Source: Candidatus Omnitrophota bacterium (GTDB taxonomy: Bacteria > Omnitrophota > Omnitrophia > Omnitrophales > Aquincolibacteriaceae). From it: a DNA stretch of 26,932 bases. Position 1 is the first letter of the stretch. Each line of letters begins with the position of its first letter. The DNA is taken from contig JAZDJU010000018.1 in NCBI GenBank assembly GCA_043803685.1, positions 1 to 26,932 on the forward strand, written 5' to 3'. The translations under genes were made by a program, and so were the position numbers. Of this stretch, positions 9,095 through 17,594 are shown one piece after another. The notes under the pieces are model-generated. The model was not told the DNA's origin. It saw only the letters and a program-made list of their open reading frames with translations, and ran no database searches.

Positions 9095-10206
9095 AGATCG
9101 ATATTATCCACGCGACGGCCGGGGAAGGCCACCGGAAGATCGCCATGGCCGTGCAGGACGGCTTGGCCCGTTTGGGTCCTAAGAATCTTCAAGTCCGGTT
9201 ACTGAATTGCCTGGATTATACCGATCGTTTTTTTCAGAAGACCTATGCGCCGATTTATTACTGGGCTGTGCGCCACGCGCCCAATCTTTGGGGTGGATCT
9301 TACGAAGCGTTGGATCATGCCTGGCTCTATCAACTCGTTCGTCCCTTTCGCTCTCTGACCAATTCCATCCATGCCAAGGCACTGCTTGAAGACATTATCA
9401 AAAATCAACCAGACGTCATTGTCTCGACTCATTTTCTTCCGCCGGAGATTTTGGGCCGTGCCAAACAAAGGGGCGCGATCCATTCGAAAATGATCACCGT
9501 GATCACGGACTTCTACCCCCACACCGTCTGGGTCAACCCTGGGACGGATCACTATTGGGTTATGGCTGAGGAAACCAAGCAAGATCTGCTCCGGCGCGGA
9601 GTTCCGGAGGGGATCGTGACCGTTGGCGGTATTCCCATTCTTCCGACGTTCCAGGCTAATGGAAAAAAGTTCCAGATCCTGGAAAAACACGGCCTGAAAG
9701 GGGACCGTTTCACGATACTTCTCACCAGCGGAAGCTTTGGACTTGGGCCCCAGGAAGCGATCCTCGAAGAGCTCAAGGCTTTCAAGGACAAAGTTCAGTG
9801 TTTCATAGTCTGCGCCAACAACAAAGAGCTCAAAACGATCTTGGAAGGCAAGACCTATCCCTTTCCTGTGAAGATTTTCGGCTTTATTGACTTCATGCCT
9901 GACCTTATGGAAGCCAGTGACCTTATGGTCGCAAAATCCGGTGGCTCGACGACTTCTGAAGCCTTAACGAAGGGTGTGGTGATGGTCGTGATGGCGCCGA
10001 TCCCGGGGCAGGAAACCCGGAACGTGAAACTGCTGAAGCTTCGCGATGCCGCCTATTTTCTGAATGATCCGAGCGAGATCCGCGGCATTGTCCAAAGCAT
10101 GTTGCACGATCCAACGACCTGACAGCAAAAACGGGACGCGATCCAACGCTTGGCCAAACCGAGCGCCTCTGAGGATCTTGTCAAAATGATCCTTTCCGGG
10201 AAATAG
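9091..10206 (+). CDS. UgtP/MGDG-synthase-like glycosyltransferase (GT28) interrupted by an in-frame TGA at 10120-10122; start 9091 (TTG) or 9076 (GTG)
   Basis: AGEGH, VITDF..H..W, GIPI, DLMVAKSGGSTTSEA and PIPGQE..N motifs. The frame continues past the TGA as QQKRDAIQRLAKPSASEDLVKMILSGK to TAG at 10204-10206. Confidence 0.8.
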
Positions 10207-10211
10207 TGCTT

Positions 10212-10907
10212 ATGCCCAAGAACGAATCCCTGCTATTTTTAAAATCTCTCAGGGAGGACGGCATTGAGCACGTCCCTGTCAAAAAAAGGCCTGCGAAATT
10301 TTCAAGCCATGAACCGGCAGAGGCTTTGGTTGCTTCAGTTGCCGAGAATGCTCATATTCAGGAATTGCGGGATACGGTTCTGAAGTGCAAACTTTGCTCT
10401 GAACTCGCCAAGACACGCAACAAGGTCGTTTTTGGTTCCGGTAATCTCAAGGCCCAGCTCATTTTTGTGGGGGAAGCGCCGGGTGCCGACGAAGACGAGC
10501 AAGGACTTCCTTTTGTGGGGCGTGCCGGACAACTTCTGACCAAGATCATTGAGGCGATGGGAATGACCCGGGATCAAGTCTTCATTTGTAACGTTCTCAA
10601 ATGCCGTCCGCCGAACAACCGTCCTCCGGCACCCGAAGAGGTCCTTCACTGCCGTCCTTATCTCAAACGCCAGATCGGTTTGATCGGTCCGAAGGTGATC
10701 GTGGCGCTCGGGAATCACGCGGTCCGTGCGCTTCTTCAGACGGAGCGTGGCATTTCCGAATTGCGTGGAACGTTCCAGCAGTATGAAGGTATTCCTGTCA
10801 TGTGCACCTACCATCCGGCCTATCTTTTGCGGAGCCCTGGAGAGAAGCGAAAGGTGTGGGAGGACATGAAAAAGGTCATGCAGCTTCTCAGGGAGCCTAA
10901 GGATTGA
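10212..10907 (+). CDS. Uracil-DNA glycosylase, family 4 ([4Fe-4S]); alternative start GTG 10206
   Basis: [32 protein letters not shown] and TYHPAYLLR motifs. Confidence 0.92.
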   Translation: MPKNESLLFLKSLREDGIEHVPVKKRPAKFSSHEPAEALVASVAENAHIQELRDTVLKCKLCSELAKTRNKVVFGSGNLKAQLIFVGEAPGADEDEQGLPFVGRAGQLLTKIIEAMGMTRDQVFICNVLKCRPPNNRPPAPEEVLHCRPYLKRQIGLIGPKVIVALGNHAVRALLQTERGISELRGTFQQYEGIPVMCTYHPAYLLRSPGEKRKVWEDMKKVMQLLREPKD

Positions 10908-13033
10908 AGATCCAAGAAGGGGGCTCGGTTGGAGTCGTCTTAAGCCGTCTTATGGCTCAGGTCGCGGTACCACTTCCGATCCCCACCGTATTCAGCTATC
11001 TTATTCCCGACACTCTTGCATCGAGAGCCGTTCCCGGCGTTCGCGTGACCGTTCCGTTTCGTAACACCGAGATCACAGGTTATCTTGTTGAAACTGTGGC
11101 TCTCTCCCAAGATCCCCTCAAAAAGCTCAAATCCGTGATCGCGATCCTTGACGAACAGCCTGTTCTCTCATCCGGCATGCTTCAGCTCACAAAATGGGTC
11201 GGGGAATATTATGGTTCGAGTTGGGGCGAAGCGATCGAGAACGCGCTTCCGCGGTGGGTCAAATACGGGAAAAAAACAGAAAAATACATTGAGAAGGCCA
11301 AGCAAAAGAATGTAGTCCTCGCGCATGTTCCGCAAAAGTTCAAGCTTTCTCTGGAACAGGAAAAGGCATTCCAGGCGATCGAAAAGGCGCTAGCGACAGG
11401 AAATGCTAAACCTATGCTGATCTACGGCGTAACAGGAAGCGGAAAAAGCGAACTCTATATCCGCGCGATCCACGAGACGCTGAAACGAAAACGCACGGCG
11501 ATCTGTCTTGTGCCTGAGATCGCGCTCACCGAGCAGCTCCGGCGTTTTTTTGCCGGGCATTTCGGGGACAATCTCGAGATCCTTCACAGCAAAATGACCG
11601 ATGGAGAACGGTTTCTTGCCTGGAAACGCATCGAAATAGGGACCTGTCAGGTCGTTCTCGGCCCGCGTTCCGCAGTATTCGCCCCCATTCCTGATCTCGG
11701 ACTCATCATCATGGACGAAGAACACGAGGGCTCCTATAAACAAGAGACGACGCCACGCTATCATGCCCGCGAGGTTGCCGCCTGGCGAGCCAAGCACGAA
11801 GGTGCGCTCTTTTTGATGGGGACCGCAACGCCCTCACTAGAGAGCATGTCTCTCACAGAACAAGGAAGGATCGACCGCGTTGATCTCACAGAGAGGATCG
11901 ATCAAAAAGCTATGCCTAAGGTCGATGTGATCGACCTCAAACGCTACGAGGGTGACAAACGACCGAGTTTACTGTTTTCGCCCCCATTAATGCGTGAGAT
12001 CGAGAACAATCTGAAAAATCAGGAAGGGACGATGCTTCTTCTCAATCGTCGTGGATTTTCTACCTCGATTCGGTGTCCCGAATGTGGCGGTGTCGAGGAC
12101 TGTAAGTCGTGTCAGGTTTCGCTCACTTACCATCAGGAAAAGAATCTTTTACTCTGTCACTATTGCAACTACCAGAAAAAAGTCCCGCATGCTTGTGGGG
12201 AATGCAAGGCTCCACTGCTTCGTTTCGCGGGATTCGGGACCGAAAAGGTTGAAAGTGAAGTGGCCCGTTTTTTCCCCACCGCCCGCATTGCACGGATGGA
12301 TGCCGATACGACTCAAAAGAAGGATTCGCATGAGGTGCTCCTTGAAAAGTTCCGCGAGCAAAAGATCGACATCCTGATCGGGACGCAAATGATCGCCAAA
12401 GGTTTCGATTTTCCGCACGTAACCCTGGTCGGCGTTGTGCTTGCAGATGTCGGACTGAGACTTCCGGATTTTCGTTCTAGTGAACGTACTTTTCAGCTTC
12501 TCACTCAATTTGCGGGACGTGCGGGGAGAGGTTCAAAACCCGGCCGCGTCATTATCCAAACCTGGATGCCGGAGCATCCGAGCATCCGATTTGCCAAAAA
12601 TCACGACTTTCTGAATTTTTATGCCCATGAGAAACGATGCCGTGAAGAATTCCACTATCCGCCGTATCGCTCCCTTGTGAACATCATCATTCGTTCTCAC
12701 GATGAAAAAAAGGCGTATCTTTTCGCGCGAGAGATCCGCGACGTGCTTCGGGGTCTGGCTCCTTTTCCGAAAGAAAACGTGCCTGACCCCTTAATTGTTG
12801 AGGGGGACAGTCACCCTTTTGAAAAGTCCAAAATGGAGCCAGTCCCCATAGAGATCATCGGTCCCGCGCCGCTACCGTTCTATAAGCTGCGCGGTCATTT
12901 TCGCTGGCATGTCATGCTCAAGATCCCCAAGGATTTGAGTCTTGTTCCCAGAATCAACGATCAGCTCTCGGGTCTCAAAAAACCATCCGGCGTTGCTTTC
13001 CAGCTCGATGTGGATCCGCTTAATATTTTATGA
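10904..13033 (+). CDS. priA: Primosomal protein N' (replication restart helicase); alternative start ATG 10952
   Basis: GVTGSGKSE, LVPEIALT, DEEHE.SYKQ, TATPS, eight-Cys zinc region, GTQMIAKGFDFP and C-terminal DVDP. Confidence 0.97.
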   Translation: MKIQEGGSVGVVLSRLMAQVAVPLPIPTVFSYLIPDTLASRAVPGVRVTVPFRNTEITGYLVETVALSQDPLKKLKSVIAILDEQPVLSSGMLQLTKWVGEYYGSSWGEAIENALPRWVKYGKKTEKYIEKAKQKNVVLAHVPQKFKLSLEQEKAFQAIEKALATGNAKPMLIYGVTGSGKSELYIRAIHETLKRKRTAICLVPEIALTEQLRRFFAGHFGDNLEILHSKMTDGERFLAWKRIEIGTCQVVLGPRSAVFAPIPDLGLIIMDEEHEGSYKQETTPRYHAREVAAWRAKHEGALFLMGTATPSLESMSLTEQGRIDRVDLTERIDQKAMPKVDVIDLKRYEGDKRPSLLFSPPLMREIENNLKNQEGTMLLLNRRGFSTSIRCPECGGVEDCKSCQVSLTYHQEKNLLLCHYCNYQKKVPHACGECKAPLLRFAGFGTEKVESEVARFFPTARIARMDADTTQKKDSHEVLLEKFREQKIDILIGTQMIAKGFDFPHVTLVGVVLADVGLRLPDFRSSERTFQLLTQFAGRAGRGSKPGRVIIQTWMPEHPSIRFAKNHDFLNFYAHEKRCREEFHYPPYRSLVNIIIRSHDEKKAYLFAREIRDVLRGLAPFPKENVPDPLIVEGDSHPFEKSKMEPVPIEIIGPAPLPFYKLRGHFRWHVMLKIPKDLSLVPRINDQLSGLKKPSGVAFQLDVDPLNIL

Positions 13034-13323
13034 CTCCGAAACTAAAGATTGGAAAGTATGGTGGGGCGAAGGGGATCAAGCTGGTATGTGTTCAATATCC
13101 GAGGCGCAGCTTGGAGTCTCTAAGGAAGATATCCGGCAAAGATGAAGACGTTGTCTTTGTTGATAATGAAGCTGTGTTCCAAACGGCAGTAAAGAAAGAA
13201 GGCTACCCGACATATTTCAGAGATATGTTCGCGGGCGATTTCGGCCATTGCACCGCTAAAGGCAATGAGCTTTTGCCTGAAAATATCGCAGATGTCATTT
13301 TAGGAGAGGTCGTTAGTAAATAG
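13030..13323 (+). pseudogene. C-terminal remnant of an SGNH-TPR paralog (97-aa ORF)
   Basis: GIKLVC.QYP.RS...YFRDMFAGDFGHCT.KGNELL closely matches the C-termini of the genes ending at 15046 and 16616. It lacks the TM anchor, the GES block and the TPRs. Confidence 0.8.
13067..13323 (+). repeat. Copy 1 of a ~250-bp direct repeat (other copies ~14741-14990 and ~16359-16616)
   Basis: Exact blocks by manual alignment: 13145-13217 = 14820-14892 (73 nt) and 13211-13275 = 16504-16568 (65 nt). Confidence 0.9.
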
Positions 13324-13335
13324 ATCTTATTTGTG

Positions 13336-15046
13336 ATGAGCAAAAAACCCTCTCTCGTAAGAACTTCGGCTTGGCAAAGGATCGTCTTGATTCTTTTGGG
13401 GGGTTGTTTTATCTTTTGTTTTTATCGAGATAGGAATGCGTTTGGGTGGTTTTGTTTTATTGTCATTGCAGGAGCACGAGAACCTGCGAGCGATGAGATC
13501 GAAAAGCGTGTATCGGATCCTCTGTTTGGGAGAGTCCACGACTTACAGGCAATATCCTTCATTGCTTGAGAAAATCCTGAATCAGAGTAATGCCGGAACG
13601 CATTTTATGGTCATGGACAATGGTATGCCTGGTACGGGCACCAACGCTATCGTGAGTGGAGTGGAGTCTTATCTAGATAGGTACCATCCTCAGATGGTGG
13701 TGATGATGATGGGTGTCAACGACCTTCGAAGCAGTTATTATCAGGATATCCCCAATGCGAGGAAGGGGCTTTTTCAGCAATGCCGAATCTATCGATTCTT
13801 CAGGTTTCTGAACGCTCGCTTTTCCAAAGGACGCCGCCAAGAAGACTTTTATGGTCCAGTGAATCCGTACGCGAATCCGGCGTCTGATATTCCTAAAGTC
13901 GATTCCTCGAACTTACCATTTTTGAGGAAAATGACGCAGGGAGCTTCCGGAAATAGAGCATCGACCAGAAAGGGTTCTATTCAGGACGCATTAGGATGGG
14001 ATCAATTGAGGCGAGGCGAACTGCTCCAAGCAAAAAAATCTTTTGAACAAGCCCTTCAAATCGACTCTCATGATGATGACGCTCATGTTGGTCTCGGAAT
14101 GTTTTATCTTTAAAAAGGCGATTTTTCAAAAGCCAACGCCTACTTTAAAATGGCGATCGATATAAATCCTGAGAACGGAGATGCTTACTATGGGCTGGGA
14201 CGAATTTGCCAGCGTTTGGGTTCTTTGTCCGAGGCAGAACGCTTGTTCAAAAAGGCCATTGAGCTAAATCCCAGGGACGATGCTTCGCATATCGCTCTAG
14301 GACGCATTTACAAAGAAAAGCATAATGATTTCGCTAAGGCCGAGGTTCTATTCAGAACAGCGATTGCCCTTAACCCTCGCAACGAGGATGCTTACGTCCA
14401 GTTAGCCCGTCTCTATGTTGTTCAAGACAAATTTCCTCTAGCGGAGCCTCTGTATCATGAGGCTATAAAGATCAATCCAAAAAATGAACATATTTCAGTA
14501 GAATTCGGAGGTATTTACCGAATTCGTGGTAACGTCACTCAGGCCGAGGCTATATTCAAAAGCGCTTTCAGGATTAATCCCCGAAATGATCGCGCGCTAG
14601 CAGCCCTCGCTTCGCTCTATGAGAGTCAGGGAAAATTAGAACTTGCGCGCGAATATGGTGAGAAATTGCGCGCATCAAGATTGGAAGATGTCAACCCTGT
14701 CACTAAGCGTAACTTTTATAGGCTCAAGGAAATCCTTGATCGAAGGGGGATCAAGCTGGTATGTGCTCAATATCCGATGCGCAGTTTGGAGCCTCTAAGG
14801 AAGATATTCGGCAAATACAAAGACGTTGTCTTTGTTGATAATGAAGCTGTGTTCCAAACGGCAGTAAAGAAAGAAGGCTACCCGACATATTTTAGAGATA
14901 TGTTCGCGGGCGATTTCGGTCATTGCACGCCTAAAGGCAATGAGCTTTTGGCGCAAAACATTGCTGACGTGATTCTCGAGAAAGTTTTTGCGGTACCACG
15001 TACCGCTCGACAGACCCGGGATTTGAAAAATGATGCGGTTCTTTAA
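13336..15046 (+). pseudogene. SGNH-TPR paralog A with a +1 frameshift in a G6 run (13398-13403) and an in-frame TAA (14111-14113)
   Basis: Removing one G gives LLGVVLSFVFIEIGMRLGGFVL, aligning gap-free to paralog B LLGMFLSFLILEAGIRLGGFVL. ORFs 13436-14113 and 14150-15046 are in the same frame, and the TAA falls inside a TPR (GLGMFYL*KGDFSKANAYFKMAIDINP). Confidence 0.85.
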
Positions 15047-16616
15047 AAAAAGCATGCCTGTTGTTTATCGACGAACCCTGATGTTTTTATTGGGAATGTT
15101 TCTGTCTTTTCTGATTCTCGAAGCAGGTATACGCCTCGGCGGATTCGTTTTGCGATCGGTGCAAGATTATGATAATTGGCGTTCTGTAAGGCAAATAGGT
15201 ACTTACCGTATTCTCTGCATTGGAGAATCCACGACTCAGGGACAATACCCCAAGCTTCTAGAGCGAGTTTTGAACGAGCGGAACATCGGGATGCGGTTCA
15301 GCGTCATCGATAAGGGCCGGGCATTAGTGAATTCCCTCGATCTTCTGGCCGTGGTGGAAAGCTATCTGGATGTGTATCGTCCCAATGCGGTTGTTGCCAT
15401 GATGGGTATCAATGATTGGCGAGTCAAATACTTTCAGGATATTCCTGAGGCGCGGGCGTGGATCTTTCAGAACTGCCGTGTCTACCGGCTTGGAAGGATC
15501 CTGTGGGTTTATTTTTTAAAGAAGCTCAGAGCCGAGGGTGTTTATAGTTTTGTTCGTGCAAGCGCCGATCCGGTACGTGATGTTTCCAGAGTCGATCCTT
15601 CGAGCCGATCATCTTTGTTCGAAGTATCGCGAGCGACTACCGAAAATGATATGGATGTCTTTGCCAATCCTATCCAAATCGCTCCTCAAGATAGTGGTGC
15701 CTATGTCGAACTCGGGATTTCTTCTAGGGATAACGGCGATTTTCAAAAAGCCATAAACTGCTTTCAAAAAGCGATCGCGATCAATCCTCGGAATAGCAGT
15801 GCTTATTCTCATCTAGGGGAGCTCCGTCGACGCCAGGGTTCTATTGTTGAGGCAAGACGCTTGCTCGAAAAAGCCATTGAGCTAAATCCCAAGGATGACA
15901 ATTTGTACGTAGCTCTTGCAGGTTTTCAAAAAAGGAAAAAAGATTTTGTCATAATCGAAGCCCTGTTAAGAAAAGCCATGGCGTTGAATCCCCGCAACGA
16001 TCGGGCCTATGTCGAGCTTGGCAACCTCTATCTTTTTGTCCGAAATGATTTTCCTCGAGCAGAACGTCTATTTATCGAAGCGATGAAGGCCGCTCCGAAA
16101 ACTGCATACATTCCTATCGTGCTAGGAGGGCATTACCGACTGCGTGGAGACTTCACGCGGGCCGAAGCTTTATTTAAACGAGCCATCGAGATAGACCCTC
16201 AAAATGAACGCGCACTAGAAGCTATTACTTCTCTCTACGAAATGATTGGCAAACCAGAATTGGCGAGTGAGTATGCAAGAAAAATACACGCCTCAAGCTT
16301 GGATTATGGCGCCCCCGTCACCATTTACAATTATCGAAGATTGAAGACGATCCTGGATCGAAGAGGGGTCAAGCTTGTCTGTGCTCAATATCCGATGCGC
16401 AGTTTGGAGGCTTTTAAGAAGATATTCGAGAAAGACAAAGGCGTTATCTTCGTCGATAATGACAATGTGTTTCGGAAGGCGGTGGAAAGAGACGGCTACG
16501 CGGCATATTTCAGAGATATGTTCGCGGGCGATTTCGGCCATTGCACCGCTAAAGGCAATGAGCTTTTGGCGCGAAATATCGCCGATGTGATTCTCAAGGA
16601 AGTATTCAACAAATAG
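15030..16616 (+). CDS. SGNH-TPR paralog B (intact): TM anchor, SGNH N-half, 6 TPRs, SGNH C-half
   Basis: RILCIGESTT, DKG, MMGIND; six ~34-aa units ending ..AI.INP.N; C-terminal GDFGHCT (DxxH). Confidence 0.8.
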   Translation: MMRFFKKSMPVVYRRTLMFLLGMFLSFLILEAGIRLGGFVLRSVQDYDNWRSVRQIGTYRILCIGESTTQGQYPKLLERVLNERNIGMRFSVIDKGRALVNSLDLLAVVESYLDVYRPNAVVAMMGINDWRVKYFQDIPEARAWIFQNCRVYRLGRILWVYFLKKLRAEGVYSFVRASADPVRDVSRVDPSSRSSLFEVSRATTENDMDVFANPIQIAPQDSGAYVELGISSRDNGDFQKAINCFQKAIAINPRNSSAYSHLGELRRRQGSIVEARRLLEKAIELNPKDDNLYVALAGFQKRKKDFVIIEALLRKAMALNPRNDRAYVELGNLYLFVRNDFPRAERLFIEAMKAAPKTAYIPIVLGGHYRLRGDFTRAEALFKRAIEIDPQNERALEAITSLYEMIGKPELASEYARKIHASSLDYGAPVTIYNYRRLKTILDRRGVKLVCAQYPMRSLEAFKKIFEKDKGVIFVDNDNVFRKAVERDGYAAYFRDMFAGDFGHCTAKGNELLARNIADVILKEVFNK

Positions 16617-16697
16617 CAATGTCCGGATTATAACGAGGGGGCGGGTGTTTCGTTTTATCGGCAGTTAAATCTATTTAAACCTAGCGAGGGATGGGAA

Positions 16698-17012
16698 ATG
16701 TCGGAGTTTAAAAATGTGACGGTGGTTAAAAATGCGAATGTCTATTTCGGTGGGAAGGTGACAAGCCGGTCGGTCCTTTTTCCGGATGGCTCCAGGAAAA
16801 CACTGGGGGTCATGCTTCCCGGGGAATACACCTTTAATACGGCCGAAAAGGAGCTCATGGAGATTCTGGCCGGAGACTTGGAGGTCCAACTCCCGGGTGC
16901 GCCCGATTGGCAGACGATCAGAGGCGGTGCCTCATTTGAAGTTCCTGGCAAGTCCGCATTTAAACTGAAAGTCCGGGAGCTCACGGACTACTGTTGTTCA
17001 TTTATTAAGTAA
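16698..17012 (+). CDS. ppnP: Pyrimidine/purine nucleoside phosphorylase (DUF1255)
   Basis: [32 protein letters not shown] and DYCCS motifs; 104 aa. Confidence 0.93.
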   Translation: MSEFKNVTVVKNANVYFGGKVTSRSVLFPDGSRKTLGVMLPGEYTFNTAEKELMEILAGDLEVQLPGAPDWQTIRGGASFEVPGKSAFKLKVRELTDYCCSFIK

Positions 17013-17023
17013 ATCCTGTATTG

Positions 17024-17032
17024 TGATATAAT
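17024..17032 (+). promoter_or_regulatory. Extended -10 promoter TGaTATAAT immediately upstream of def
   Basis: TG at 17024-17025 and TATAAT at 17027-17032, 6 nt before the def ATG at 17039. Confidence 0.7.
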
Positions 17033-17038
17033 TTTTAC

Positions 17039-17545
17039 ATGGGCACAAAACTCAAAATACGTACGTATCCAGACCCCGTTCTCAAGAAGAAAACTCTGCC
17101 CGTGACGGACTTTGGCCCCGTCACTCAGAAGCTTTTTGACGATATGATCGAGACGATGCACGTTTCGGACGGAGTCGGTCTCGCAGCTCCCCAGATCGGT
17201 ATCTCCCAGCAGATATTTATTGCTTGTCCCACCATGCGTCGAGGGGAAGAGCATATTATGGTGAATGCTGTGATCGAAAAGAAATCGGGGACCACCTGCG
17301 CGGCCGAAGGATGTTTGAGTCTTCCGGGGATCTCTGGCGAAGTTGTGCGCGCCACCAAGCTCCGTTTGACTTTTCAGGATCCTCTTGGGGAAAAGCATAC
17401 GGTCGAGGTGACCGATTTTTTCGCCCGAGTTATTCAGCATGAAATGGATCACTTGAACGGGATCCTGCTGATCGATCACTTCAAAGGCGCGGAGCGTGAG
17501 CGGTTGATCGAGAATTATAAGGCTCTCAAGAATAAAGGAATGTAG
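17039..17545 (+). CDS. def: Peptide deformylase
   Basis: GVGLAAPQIG, EGCLS and QHEMDHL motifs. Confidence 0.97.
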   Translation: MGTKLKIRTYPDPVLKKKTLPVTDFGPVTQKLFDDMIETMHVSDGVGLAAPQIGISQQIFIACPTMRRGEEHIMVNAVIEKKSGTTCAAEGCLSLPGISGEVVRATKLRLTFQDPLGEKHTVEVTDFFARVIQHEMDHLNGILLIDHFKGAERERLIENYKALKNKGM

Positions 17546-17594
17546 CCGGCGTAATGGATTGTTCCGCTTTACATCTCGCCGGCAAGATTGAATT

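Noticed and set aside
10120..10122. Alternative genetic code (UGA = Trp/Gly) or selenocysteine
   Set aside because: TGA is the real stop of many genes here (2995, 4080, 5168, 9094, 10907, 13033, 23709), mostly overlapping the next start. The site is a non-catalytic helix position with no convincing SECIS hairpin, and the other in-frame stop in the window is TAA.
13067..16616. Diversity-generating retroelement (template/variable repeat pair at gene 3' ends)
   Set aside because: Mismatches between copies are mixed (T/C, G/T, C/T, G/A) rather than adenine-specific on either strand. The repeat is the conserved part of the proteins, and no reverse transcriptase is in the window.
17545..17583. GCCGGCG...CGCCGGC inverted repeat between def and fmt as a terminator
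   Set aside because: There is no U-tract, the interior is long and imperfect, and it sits inside a normally co-transcribed pair; at most a stability hairpin.
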